The position numbers were made by a program, and so were the translations under genes. DNA of 64,000 nt from a virus, in the IMG/VR virus record IMGVR_UViG_3300035670_000163, positions 6,385 to 70,384 of that record. One strand, given 5' to 3'. Shown here one piece after another: positions 36,861 through 47,800 of the stretch. Under the pieces are notes generated by a model. That model was not told where the DNA came from. It worked only from the letters and a program-made list of their open reading frames with translations, and made no database searches. Numbering within the stretch: position 1 is the first letter of the stretch; the number at the start of each line of letters is the position of its first letter.

Positions 36861-37860
36861 TGTTGAAAGATTAGATATAGGGTTAACCAATAATTGCAAC
36901 GCAAAATGTCCTCAATGTGCAAGAACAGATCCTAAAACTTTTAAAAAATATGAATGGTTACCATTAGATGAATTGTATATTGAAGATATAAAAAAAATAT
37001 TACCGGCAGAACAACTTAGAAAAATAACATCAATTTCTCTTTGTGGAACTTATGGTGATCCTTTAGTTGCAAAAGACATATTTCAAATTTTAGAATATTT
37101 TTTTAGTTGCAGGCCAAATTTATATTTGACTATTCATACAAACGGTTCTATGAGAAATAATAAATGGTGGTATAAACTATGTTCTATTTTAAAAAATAAA
37201 AATGTTACGATAATTTTTGGAATCGATGGCATAGATCAAGAATCTCACTCAAAATATAGAATAAACACTTCTTTTGAAAAAATATTAGATCATGCCAATA
37301 TTGCAAAGATGCATAGAATTAAAATTGAATGGCAATTTTTAATGTTTGATTACAATAAAAATTTATTAGAACGAGCTGAAAAACTGTCTAAACAATTAAA
37401 TTTCGATAGATTCTTTACAATAATTACGGATAGGCCTGATGTAGAAGGCGATTTTAAAATTCCCGATGGTTTGAAACCTAATGGTAGAGAAGAACATAAT
37501 CATCTTGAAGACGAAGTGTCTTTTATTGATTGTCTCTCTAAAAACAACAAAGAAGTAAGAATAAGTGCATCTGGTTTAATATCTCCTTGTTGTTATCTTG
37601 ACCATTTGTTTACTTCTTATCAACATTTTGATCAGGCTATGAAAATTGGATCTAATTTCAAAAGTATACCAATTAAAGTTATTGATAAATGTAAAGACGA
37701 TGTAGAAAAAATGTTTGAGGATAATTCTTGGCACGAACTAGATGGTAAAAAACATAGTTTAGAAGGAGTATTGAAAAGTTCTTGGTTCGATAAACTGTTA
37801 AAGATGCACGATAATTTAGAACCATTTAGATGTTTTAATGTTTGCGGAAAAAAAACATAA
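36853..37860 (+). CDS. Radical SAM enzyme with C-terminal Cys (Twitch/SPASM-like) domain
   Basis: CNAKCPQC, GTYGDP, HTNGS, FGIDG, C...G.ISPCC...C..VC. Confidence 0.9.
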   Translation: MYNVERLDIGLTNNCNAKCPQCARTDPKTFKKYEWLPLDELYIEDIKKILPAEQLRKITSISLCGTYGDPLVAKDIFQILEYFFSCRPNLYLTIHTNGSMRNNKWWYKLCSILKNKNVTIIFGIDGIDQESHSKYRINTSFEKILDHANIAKMHRIKIEWQFLMFDYNKNLLERAEKLSKQLNFDRFFTIITDRPDVEGDFKIPDGLKPNGREEHNHLEDEVSFIDCLSKNNKEVRISASGLISPCCYLDHLFTSYQHFDQAMKIGSNFKSIPIKVIDKCKDDVEKMFEDNSWHELDGKKHSLEGVLKSSWFDKLLKMHDNLEPFRCFNVCGKKT

Positions 37861-38498
37861 TGAATTTTTATTGTATAAAACATGGCACTAAGTATTCTGC
37901 TGAATTTGTCAATAAATTAAATAACATGATTGGCCGGCATTGGATAGGAGAATACAAACTCTATTGTATTACTGAAGATTCTGAAGGTGTTGTATGTGAT
38001 ACGATAGAACTTCCTAATTATGGTCTAGAAAAATGGTGGACTAAAATATGTTTGTTTGATGAGTCATTTTTGCAAGAAGGTATATTTTTAGATTTAGACA
38101 TAATTATCCGAGACAATATAAATTGGATGTTTGAACCATCAGAAGAAATGAAATTTTTATATACTGATTGGGTTAATCTCGAACAATTACATAAAGATAC
38201 AGTATCAAATAGAACTCGATATTGTTCAATCAACTCTTCTGTTCTATGTTGGAACAAAGAAACAAAACGGCAATATATCTTCGATGATTTTATGAAAAAC
38301 AAAGATAAGATTCTTTTCTCTTTTACTGGAATAGATTCTTTTATCGAACACCGACACAAATATGATTTGTATGCAACAGGCAAAGCTTATTCATACCATA
38401 AAAGTTTAGGAACCGGTTTAGAATCAGTTGTACTTTTTGATTATGGACTAAAACAAAATGAAATAAATGAAAATTGGATTAAAATGTTATGGACTTGA
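37860..38498 (+). CDS. GT-A glycosyltransferase-like protein
   Basis: CIKHGTKYSAEFVNKL, C.TED, WWTK..LF, FLDLD, INSSVL.W; start at TAATG overlap. Confidence 0.75.
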   Translation: MNFYCIKHGTKYSAEFVNKLNNMIGRHWIGEYKLYCITEDSEGVVCDTIELPNYGLEKWWTKICLFDESFLQEGIFLDLDIIIRDNINWMFEPSEEMKFLYTDWVNLEQLHKDTVSNRTRYCSINSSVLCWNKETKRQYIFDDFMKNKDKILFSFTGIDSFIEHRHKYDLYATGKAYSYHKSLGTGLESVVLFDYGLKQNEINENWIKMLWT

Positions 38499-39118
38499 GA
38501 ACACATACAATGAAAAAATTTCCAATCTCTGTTTGGGATTGGTCTGAAATGATACAATTTATACGAAGAAATTATTCATATAGAATAGAAGACTTTGCAA
38601 AATCATTTTCAGAAAATCAATTTGTGTCGAAAACTTGGTTGGTTGAAAGACTTTCTTTACACAGCATTTGTGATGTTCCGGATAAAACTATTTGGATTTT
38701 AGGTTCTTGGTATGGAACACTAATTGTTCCTTTACTTTATAAAAATATACCTAAAATAAAAGAGATAAATCTTGTAGACTATGATGAAGAAAATTTAATT
38801 ATAGCCAAACAATTATTTGGTACTCTTGTTAAGACACATGTAAAAGATATAAATTTTGATTTAGATTATTTGAAATCAGATATTATTATTAACACTTCTT
38901 GCGAACACATGTATCCAATGAAAGATTATAATTTTTCTGGTCTTTGTGTGTTTCAATCTAATAATTTTGACAAAGAACCTGCACACATAAACTGCGTAAA
39001 CAGCTTACAAGAATTTAAAAATCAAAGTGGTTTATCTAAAATAGATTTTGAAGGTGAAATAAATTTTCACAAATACGACAACAATTACAAAAGATACATG
39101 TTGATTGGTGAAAAATGA
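38489..39118 (+). CDS. Class I SAM-dependent methyltransferase-like protein
   Basis: SKTWL, ILGSWYG (motif I variant), LVDYD, DIIINTSCEHM, QSNN. Confidence 0.65.
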   Translation: MDLRTHTMKKFPISVWDWSEMIQFIRRNYSYRIEDFAKSFSENQFVSKTWLVERLSLHSICDVPDKTIWILGSWYGTLIVPLLYKNIPKIKEINLVDYDEENLIIAKQLFGTLVKTHVKDINFDLDYLKSDIIINTSCEHMYPMKDYNFSGLCVFQSNNFDKEPAHINCVNSLQEFKNQSGLSKIDFEGEINFHKYDNNYKRYMLIGEK

Positions 39119-39888
39119 TACATGTGATTTGTAGTCGCTGGGGACAAAAATATTCTATTGAATATGTGAATAATTTATATTCTATGGTAAAAAGAAATTT
39201 ACCTACAAAATTTAAATTCTATTGTCAGACTGATGACACAAAAGGACTGAATAAAAAAATTACAGTTCTACCTTTTCTTAATGATCTTCCAGAATCTACA
39301 CCAGAAGAAATGTATTCTTCTCCAGACAAAAAGAATAACTTGCCTAGACTTTGGGACCGACCAAAATTAAACTATTTTAATCCTCATTGTTGGGGTATTG
39401 ATGGTACAAAAATAGCTTTAGATTTGGACTTAATAATTCAAAATGACATGACACCAATTTTAGATTCATTTAAGGATAAGCCAATAACAGGCCGTTCATG
39501 GTGGCACAATATGAAATTAGAATGGGATCCAAATTGGAGAAAAAGATATGGTGCCAGAAACAATGGTGGATTTTATATGTGGGAAGGCAATCAATTTGAA
39601 GATATCTGGAAAGATTTAAAAGAAAATTGGAAAAAAATTTACTTTGTATTTACTGGCGGATCAGACAACTTTATTACAACAAGACACTTAGAGAAGTTTG
39701 ATTTTGTTTCACACGAACATTACTATTCTTTTAATAGAGGATGTAAATGGCCAGAAGATTTAACCAGGCACAAGTTTAGACCAGAAAAAATTATTTGCGT
39801 TTTCAATACTGATCCTGGCAATGCAACAAATTTTGAATTGCATCAAGCCATAAAAATCTATCCTTATCTGAAAGACTATTGGAAATGA
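39115..39888 (+). CDS. GT-A glycosyltransferase-like protein
   Basis: WGQKYSIEYVNNLYSMVKRNL, C.TDD, W..PKL.YF, ALDLD, NGGFYMW. Confidence 0.75.
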   Translation: MIHVICSRWGQKYSIEYVNNLYSMVKRNLPTKFKFYCQTDDTKGLNKKITVLPFLNDLPESTPEEMYSSPDKKNNLPRLWDRPKLNYFNPHCWGIDGTKIALDLDLIIQNDMTPILDSFKDKPITGRSWWHNMKLEWDPNWRKRYGARNNGGFYMWEGNQFEDIWKDLKENWKKIYFVFTGGSDNFITTRHLEKFDFVSHEHYYSFNRGCKWPEDLTRHKFRPEKIICVFNTDPGNATNFELHQAIKIYPYLKDYWK

Positions 39889-40517
39889 AAATTTTTGCAG
39901 TAAGAATTGGCGAAAAATATGGACCAGAATATGAAATTTATCTAAAAAGTAAGTTACCAAACATTGAATTTATGAATGTCGCAAAAGAAAATTTTCTTTT
40001 TCAATGGAACAAACTTCATTTTTTTAATTTGAATATTGACGAAGAGATTTGTGTCATTGATATAGACATCTTACTTATCAATGAATATCAAAAACTATTT
40101 GAATACCCAATACAAAGAGGTGAATTTCTTTCTATAAGGTCTTGGTGGGAACATGAAGGTTCTTGTTTATTAAACGGAGGTTTCTATAAATTTTTTCCGA
40201 GAGATACACAATACATCTATGAAGAATTTAAAAAAAATAAAAAATATTGGGAAAACTATTTTATAGAAAAAAAATTAAAGCCAGGACCAATCAATGGAGA
40301 AGAAAACTTTGTTGAATATATGGTCAATCAAAAGTTAAATTTGAAATTTGTACCTGAGACTTGGGCTTGTAGAATGATATCAGAACCTTCAAATGAATGG
40401 TTGAAGAATATCAATTTAAAATATCCAGGAAATTATATGTTTTTAGGTGACAAGTACAATCAAGAAATTAAACTAGTACATTTTACAAAAGCATTTAATT
40501 ATCCACAACATTTTTAA
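39885..40517 (+). CDS. GT-A glycosyltransferase-like protein
   Basis: RIGEKYGPEYE, QWNKL, VIDID, NGGFYK, GEENFV, LVHF; ATGA-coupled start. Confidence 0.7.
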   Translation: MKIFAVRIGEKYGPEYEIYLKSKLPNIEFMNVAKENFLFQWNKLHFFNLNIDEEICVIDIDILLINEYQKLFEYPIQRGEFLSIRSWWEHEGSCLLNGGFYKFFPRDTQYIYEEFKKNKKYWENYFIEKKLKPGPINGEENFVEYMVNQKLNLKFVPETWACRMISEPSNEWLKNINLKYPGNYMFLGDKYNQEIKLVHFTKAFNYPQHF

Positions 40518-40992
40518 CTATAAGAATCAAGTCAATAGGACTTTTTGATTGACGAATAGAATCTTTAATTTCATCTGAAGCATTTTGAATTTTTTCTAAA
40601 TCAAATAAATGCAATTTAAATTCAAAAAGTCTTTCTTTATGTGATTCTTTTGTTTCATCAAAAAAGAACAATGTTTCAACAATATCTGTTTTATAGTAAA
40701 CATCACCATTTGTAAATGTTGCATCTACACTAATTTTTCCCGATTCAATCAATCTTTTGTTAAATTCTAAAAAGGCTTCATTTTGATCTTGAATCCATTT
40801 TTTGGTATTGTTTTCTATTTCATCAATTGTAAATATCTTTAAGAGTTCAATAAAGTCTTCCTGTTCACTGTCAACTCCAACAATATGCGTAATGATAGAA
40901 TCATTTGGTCCTTTATAAAGAACCTCAATGTCTTTTTTTTGATTGTCGATAAATCTAGCAGATAAAATATTTTGTTCATTAAAAAAAATCAT
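40495..40992 (-). CDS. Hypothetical protein
   Basis: 165 aa, AT-rich like the island, TAATG-coupled to upstream 313-aa gene; 3' end overlaps the convergent GT gene. Confidence 0.65.
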   Translation of the reverse strand: MIFFNEQNILSARFIDNQKKDIEVLYKGPNDSIITHIVGVDSEQEDFIELLKIFTIDEIENNTKKWIQDQNEAFLEFNKRLIESGKISVDATFTNGDVYYKTDIVETLFFFDETKESHKERLFEFKLHLFDLEKIQNASDEIKDSIRQSKSPIDLILIVKNVVDN

Positions 40993-41933
40993 TATTCTTT
41001 CCTTACTTTTAAGTATGACGTATATGATGATAGAGTTCCATTTGGAAATTCTTGTGCTCTATAATCATCAGCATTCACAAATCTTGTTTGATAATTTCCA
41101 GATCCACCTTGTAATTCTGTATCTGTAACTCCACCACAACTATTACCATCAACGTTATTATTGACGTTAAAATTTACTAAGTTTATTCCATATCTTATTC
41201 TATAACCAGAAACGTTTGTTGCCACAAATCTAATAATTGCACTGAGCAAACTATTGAAATTGGCTTCAGAATAAATTTGTATATCTGGATTACTAGAAGA
41301 AGTAGCTTTTACAGGTACAGTATATGATGTAGAAGAATCATTTCTTTTATACAAATATGATCTAGATACTTCTACTGGTTGATCTGTTGTTTCAGGTATT
41401 TCTGAAGCATTATATGCAGCCAAATTGGCTTTAGTGTCAATATGAATTGGTGTACCCGAAACAGAAGTATAACCAGATGGTGTTGATGTAGATAATGTAT
41501 AAACTGCACTAGAAGCAATCAAACTATCTATGACACTAAAAGCAAATGTATCGTACATGTCTTGTAAAGACATTGCTTGTAAATTACCAGTGTTTGTATA
41601 AAATAAAGGAAAACCTACTAAATTAGTATCTGATGGAACAGTAAGAGAAGCTATATTCTGATTAAGGGTCCTATATTCCGTGGTAATATAAAGAGGTTCA
41701 GAAGTTTCAGCTTCAGTAGGATACCTTTCAGTTCTTGCTAAAGCATTACCTGCTGTTAATCTCCAATCATATTGTAAGATTCCTAAATTTCCTCCACTCC
41801 CAACAACAGATAAAGAAACACTAGGGTTAGCAATATATCTCCAAAACATCTGTGATCTAATGTCGCTTATTTGAGAATCACTCAGTTCACGAAGATTTCC
41901 GTTAAAATAATATAGAGGTCTACGAAAAGCCAT
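40992..41933 (-). CDS. Putative virion/fibre-tip protein (Ser/Thr/Tyr-rich)
   Basis: 313 aa, internal repeat PL[YF]Y..GNL..[LM]S; directly follows the 874-aa fibre gene. Confidence 0.55.
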   Translation of the reverse strand: MAFRRPLYYFNGNLRELSDSQISDIRSQMFWRYIANPSVSLSVVGSGGNLGILQYDWRLTAGNALARTERYPTEAETSEPLYITTEYRTLNQNIASLTVPSDTNLVGFPLFYTNTGNLQAMSLQDMYDTFAFSVIDSLIASSAVYTLSTSTPSGYTSVSGTPIHIDTKANLAAYNASEIPETTDQPVEVSRSYLYKRNDSSTSYTVPVKATSSSNPDIQIYSEANFNSLLSAIIRFVATNVSGYRIRYGINLVNFNVNNNVDGNSCGGVTDTELQGGSGNYQTRFVNADDYRAQEFPNGTLSSYTSYLKVRKE

Positions 41934-41935
41934 AA

Positions 41936-44560
41936 TTAACTACCTGCGCCGTAAATTGTCTTTAAAGTTACTCCAGATGAATCTAAAATTCTTAATGTTT
42001 GTACTGTTTTTAATTGTGCTGAACCAACAGACCCATCAGCAACAGTTGCTGCTTGTCCAGAAATACTTATAGCGTATGTTCCACTCAATCTAGCAGAAGG
42101 CACTGTACCAGAAGTTAAATTTGTTGCATTTAAATTTGATAAGTCTGGTGTACTTCCAGAAACTTGTTGGTCAACATAAGCTTTAGTTGCTGCATGTAAT
42201 GATTGTGTTGGTGCACCAGAAAGAGTAATTGCACCAGTCATTGTTCCGCCAGATAACAACAAATAACTTGAAAGCTGAGAAGCTAATGTAGATGCGCCAA
42301 CAATAGTTTGTACGCTACCAGATGTTCCAAATTCCCAAACATCTGAGGTTTCGTTCCATTGTAAGTAAGCATTAGCCGCAGTACCACGATCAACTTCAAG
42401 ACCAGCATTTTCAGATGGTGATTGATTTTGTGGAATATCAGAATTTAAAGTTATTAAAGCATCAGCAACTTTTAATTCATTGGCAAGTATCGATGCGCCA
42501 GAAGTTGTAAATGCTCCTGTTACAACTAGATCACCTGAAATTGTACCGCCAGAAGTGCTTAACTTACTTGATAAACCACTAAAAGCTAGATTAGCTTGTG
42601 CAAAAGATCCGTTTGCATAAGACGAAGCCGAAGATGCATTTGAACTGGCAAGATTTGCTTTATCGAATGCTGCCTGTGCTTTTGTATTTGCATTTACTGC
42701 CTTGATGTCAGCAAGTTCAGCATTGACTACAGCTAAGTTGGCGGTTGTAAATGCCGCATTAGCATGTATTCTAACATTTGTTGCAAAACTATTAGATGCA
42801 TTTGCTTGTGTATAAGCACTATTTGCATAACTACCAACAATAGCAATTGTAGTATTTACATTTGAGAAAGCTGCATTGGCATGAATGTATGCACTATTGG
42901 CATAAGATCCTGCAATTGTTCCACCAGCAACAAAAGCATTATTCGCAGCATCAAAAGCGGCTTGTGCTGTTAAGTTTGCTGTGTTTGACTTCACAAAAGC
43001 ACCATTAGCATAAGATGATGCAGAGTTTGCAACTGTATGTGCCGAATTGGCATGTCTATAAGCCGCATTTGCATAACCACCAGCAACAACACCGCCGGCC
43101 TCATATGCAAATTTAACAGCACTTGCTGATGCAACTAATGTTGTACTGGTCGAATCAACACCAGTATAGATATCAGCACCATCTAAAATCTTATAGGTAG
43201 AACTATATGTGTTACCTGTTGAAATTTCCCAACGATCATTAGTTTCATTCCAAAGAATTTGTGCATCGTTTCCAGAAACTCTTTCGTTGACAATCAATGC
43301 ATCTTTATTGACACCAGTATTTGCATTGAAAATAAATCTATCGGTTTCAAAATTAATATTACCTGTTTGAGTGAAAGAACCAGAAACAGTTAAGTTTCCT
43401 TCAACAACTAAACCTTGTAAAGAAGTTAATCCAGAATCAACAACGAGAGCATCATTTCCAGAACCAGAATTAATTCTTAATGTTGAACCAGAAACAAAAG
43501 TTAGATTACCAGAAACATTTGCATTCGTAATATTTGCTGAAACGATGTTTGAGCTAAGTAACGTAGAATTGTTTAATGTCGATACATTTGATGTAAGTGT
43601 TACGACATTGCCAGTAATAATTGTTCCATTCGTAACTGTCGATGTACCAACAGTTTCGGTTGTTATACTTGCACCAGTGATTACTGCATTTGAAATTGAA
43701 GAGTTTGTTGTTGTAGAATCGATAATTGTAGCGGTATTAATTGTACCATTATCAACAATTAAAGTTGCAACATTACCATTTGTAACTATTGCACCAGTAA
43801 CCTCTAAATTGGTAATGTAAGAAGTATTGATTGTTGCAAGGTTTGAAGTTAACGTTACGACATTACCCGTTCCGTTTGCAACAAATGTTTGAATTGTGCC
43901 ACTGTTTGCATACAATTCATTTGACGATAACGTGTAAACATTACCAGTAGAAACACGCAGAATACCAACAACAGCAGAAGCGATATCTTGTAAGTTATCA
44001 ATATAAGCTTCAAGAGCGTAAATAGTTCCTACGTTGGCTTTCTGTAAAACAGCATTTGTTAAGTAAGCGTCTTGAACGTAGACGATACCACTATTGGCAT
44101 CTAATACTTTTCCAGAACCAGATAATGTAACGACACCATCAACTTGTACATCACCAGCAACAGAAGCATTAGTGTTGATAACAGCATTGTTACCATAAAT
44201 CGTACCAACAACACTTAAATTTTGGCCAATTTGTGCAGTATTGGAAACATAAAGTCCAATTCCTTGGCCAGCAACAGTTACAGTATTACCAACAACCAAA
44301 TTTCCGTTTCTAGTACCAACAGTACCAACTGTTACATTAGCACCAATAGATAAATCTTTTTGAATCAGTGCGCTATTCGAAACTTGAAGTGGAGTACCTT
44401 CAGCCGTAATTAGAAGTGTTGTTGTGTTTGATATTGTCAAAGTTCCGTTTGACTTATCAAAATTACCAAACTCTAAATCATTTATTTTTTCAGCTGATAA
44501 GTTGGTTTGTATTCTCCACTCATCAATTGTATTTGTTCTGGTTATAATAGGAATAGTCAT
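41936..44560 (-). CDS. Fibre protein with beta-repeat region and ANxA heptads
   Basis: N-term I.RTNTIDEWRIQTN anchor; 5/10-residue beta repeats; heptads; GGTMTGAITL...HAATKAYVD; LTSGTVPSARL. Confidence 0.75.
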   Translation of the reverse strand: MTIPIITRTNTIDEWRIQTNLSAEKINDLEFGNFDKSNGTLTISNTTTLLITAEGTPLQVSNSALIQKDLSIGANVTVGTVGTRNGNLVVGNTVTVAGQGIGLYVSNTAQIGQNLSVVGTIYGNNAVINTNASVAGDVQVDGVVTLSGSGKVLDANSGIVYVQDAYLTNAVLQKANVGTIYALEAYIDNLQDIASAVVGILRVSTGNVYTLSSNELYANSGTIQTFVANGTGNVVTLTSNLATINTSYITNLEVTGAIVTNGNVATLIVDNGTINTATIIDSTTTNSSISNAVITGASITTETVGTSTVTNGTIITGNVVTLTSNVSTLNNSTLLSSNIVSANITNANVSGNLTFVSGSTLRINSGSGNDALVVDSGLTSLQGLVVEGNLTVSGSFTQTGNINFETDRFIFNANTGVNKDALIVNERVSGNDAQILWNETNDRWEISTGNTYSSTYKILDGADIYTGVDSTSTTLVASASAVKFAYEAGGVVAGGYANAAYRHANSAHTVANSASSYANGAFVKSNTANLTAQAAFDAANNAFVAGGTIAGSYANSAYIHANAAFSNVNTTIAIVGSYANSAYTQANASNSFATNVRIHANAAFTTANLAVVNAELADIKAVNANTKAQAAFDKANLASSNASSASSYANGSFAQANLAFSGLSSKLSTSGGTISGDLVVTGAFTTSGASILANELKVADALITLNSDIPQNQSPSENAGLEVDRGTAANAYLQWNETSDVWEFGTSGSVQTIVGASTLASQLSSYLLLSGGTMTGAITLSGAPTQSLHAATKAYVDQQVSGSTPDLSNLNATNLTSGTVPSARLSGTYAISISGQAATVADGSVGSAQLKTVQTLRILDSSGVTLKTIYGAGS

Positions 44561-44569
44561 TTTGGAACT

Positions 44570-44800
44570 TTAATCTCTCTGTTGAATTAATTGTTTCAAT
44601 AAATCTTTAATATCAGAAACGTCTTTATTAATGTTTTCTACTTGTTCTTTTAACTTATTTATTTCATCATTTTTAGAGTTTAACTTTTTACCCAATTCAA
44701 GTCTAGCTTGATTTTCCAACAAAACGGAACGATTTACGGTTAGTAATGCTCCGTTTGTTGTATCTTTCACAAATCCAGTATCTTTAACAGGTACTCTCAT
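44570..44800 (-). CDS. Small coiled-coil protein
   Basis: 76 aa, FVKD..NGALL, EINKLK...DVSDIKDLL; follows the large structural gene. Confidence 0.65.
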   Translation of the reverse strand: MRVPVKDTGFVKDTTNGALLTVNRSVLLENQARLELGKKLNSKNDEINKLKEQVENINKDVSDIKDLLKQLIQQRD

Positions 44801-44802
44801 TT

Positions 44803-47800
44803 TTAACCTTCAGGCAAAGCAATAATTCTAAGGTCTTTAACTTTAGGTGTTATAGACGCATCAGTAGAAAGCAATACAATTTTGATCGAGAATATCTTGA
44901 ATGAATCAAATGTTGTTCCGTTATCTGATGTATATGTAACTTGATTGTCGGTTAAAGATGGACGATATTCAAACTCAACAAAATCTGTATCTGTCAATGA
45001 TGGTACTGATGTTGGATTAAAACATTCCATCAATTGATATGGTCGATCATTAAAGTTTGTCGTATCAGATCCAGATAAAACTTTGTAATAAACTTGAATT
45101 TGAGAAACGCCTGGTCTATTTGCAGATAAGAATACACGCAAATCACCAGCATCAAATCCATCAGCTAAAGTAATTGGTTTGGTGATATATCTGGCCAAAC
45201 ATGGGCCACCAGAACTATCAAATTCACTATTGAGTGCAATAGAAGCGTTCGATGTAATATCGCCTTGACCTGTACCTGGAATAGAAATCGTAAAGTCGTC
45301 ATAGTAACCAGAACCAGAAGATGCAACATTGACACCAACAACATTACCTGCAGCACCATTTGTGACCAAGTATACTAAAGCACCACTACCTGTATTTGAA
45401 GAAATGGTAACGACATTGCTATTGGAGTAACCACCGCCTGGTGCAATAATGTTGAAATCGTCAGATGTAATTTCTCCATTGTCAACGAAATTTTCCCATG
45501 CATTTAAGTACATACTTTCTAGAGAAATCAAAGGACTAATTGCATTATCAGTTGAAGAAATTGTTATGGCTACAGTAAAGTCACCTTGAGCTGAAATTTC
45601 TTTTCTGCGATTACCAATTGCATAGTATTCGTCTTTACCCATATCATAAGTTACGAATGGAGATATATCTCGGTAAGAAGTTTCTCTTGAACCACCAACT
45701 GGTTTAGAAACAAAAGAATAATCTATCGTAATTGGACTATTGGCAAACGTCTCTAATGTTTTGCCAATCACTCTAAACTTATCGATATATTTTGCAGAAG
45801 TTTGCGTTTCATTCTGCAAGGAGAATGTGGCTGGAGACGTTGAGAAGACACATCTATCCATAACGAACATCAAATCTTCATTTAAGAATGGAACGTATTC
45901 CATTGCATTTTGAGATTTGTATAGTGTTCCAACATATGGATTAACCGAAACATATTGGTTCGATGTGGTTGTCTGTCCTTTTTCTGCAACCCAAACTGAG
46001 TACAATGGACTATCTGTCAATACAACAAGAGAATAAAGACCAGGTTTCAAGAAGACTGGTGATCCAAATGTAAATTCTGTATAACTGGAAGAAGAAGTTG
46101 GATCAGGATTTGTTGTCGTATTGACCTCAAATGGATATTTTGTAACAATCGATTCTGGATAGATGAAGTCCGAAGACGGCAATCCATTAACTGTTGGTCT
46201 AATCTGTACTGTAACAGGTAAAGCATCATCGTCTTTTGCAGTAAAGAAAAGTTTTACATTGTCAACAAAAAGTCCATTTGGATAAACTTCCGAATCGATA
46301 AAGAATGTTTGAGCCAGTGGATCAACTCTCCATGTGCTGGTAATATTTGATGTTGATGTTGACGATTGCAGTAACGGTGTCGTTGCATTACCAACAAACT
46401 TCACACCAACATCTATATTGTAAACTGTATCAACTAATGTAGTTTTATTTAATTTTACACCAGAAGAAACAAAAGTTTTTTCAGCAAAAGAGATGGCATC
46501 TAAGTCGTAACTGTTATTGAAAGATTCGGTAATTCTAAGATTTCTTTCGCCATTTCTAAATGTTGCAGCAGGAGGATAGAATACACCAGAAACATCACCT
46601 GCTTTATTGGCTCTAAGTCCATTACTATCATTTCTATTGTTACCAATTGTATAAATCCAAGAACCACTTCTTTCGGTTGAAGATGTAGTTTCAGAAATTG
46701 TAGCTACTTTTGTTGTTGTATTATAAGAAACAATATTATAGATTGCACCGTGACCTTCTGCACTTCCAGTCTGTCTAACCAATGTAACTGTATTACCAGA
46801 AATATCAACAGATGGAGCTTCGGTATCTAAAGTAATTGTATTTTCAGAAACTCCTCTGGTCATACCAGATTTGTGTTCGATTACAGAATCAATAGAAAGT
46901 GTTGATTGAGAATCGATACCAAATATAAATTTGCCAGTTAAAGATTTCCCTGTTTCATTAACAATGCTAACATTAGAGGTACCTTTTTCACTATTTGTAA
47001 CAATGACAGCCGAATAATTTGTTCCACCAGCAAAATAAGAACTAATGTTTGAAGCCAAATCTGTTTGGGTATTTGCAATAAGTGCAATCTCACCTGCAAT
47101 CAAAGGAGAAGTATTCGAAAGATCAACAATATTTGGAACAATAACATAATTATCAACAGCAACATCATCAAAATAAACATAATATCTCGAACTTGGTTTT
47201 AAACTTGTTCCATTAAATGTTATTGCCGTTGGTTTAATATATGGTTGAATTGATAAATCAGTTACGAATGTACCAACATCAACTTGAGAAGATGAAACCG
47301 AAAACTGATTCATGTTCAGTTCGGCACCTTGAGAAATGTAGACTTTATCGGTCGTAGTTCTCAGATTACCAAATTGGTTTCCACCTAAGTTTACAGTTTG
47401 ATCTGTTACACTTGTTACTGTTTCAAACCATTTAGTGTCAACAACTTTAGCAAAAGGATTATCTTTATCGTTTACCCAAGTTGGATTTTGATCTGAGATA
47501 TATTTGAACGATTCGTTAACAAAGTTGAAGGCTTCCTCTAATCCATTTACAGAGTTGAGTGTAACTTTGGCAGTATAACCAGTATCAACTTCGCTTGTAA
47601 ATTCTGGGAATAATTTTAAATTACCTTTAAAATTGGCAAATAAAGCACTTGCGATTGCAATAGACTTTGTAGCATAAGGCTGTTGAGCAAAGGTCGATGT
47701 AGTATAATCTAACATCAATGATTTTTGATCGCCTGTACCAACCGCAGCATATGAACCGGAAGTATTTGCTTCGGACCATTTAAGTTTGAAAGTTCTCATT

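Noticed and set aside
34946-40517. Island as a DNA hypermodification or RiPP cluster
   Set aside because: Not excluded but disfavoured: the oxygenase looks AspH-like rather than TET/JBP-like, and there are no nucleotide-pathway genes, precursor peptide, protease or exporter in the window
41936-44560. Many N-x-S/T sequons in fibre proteins
   Set aside because: About 19 in the first ~450 aa is near what the high Asn/Ser/Thr content would give; not claimed without statistics
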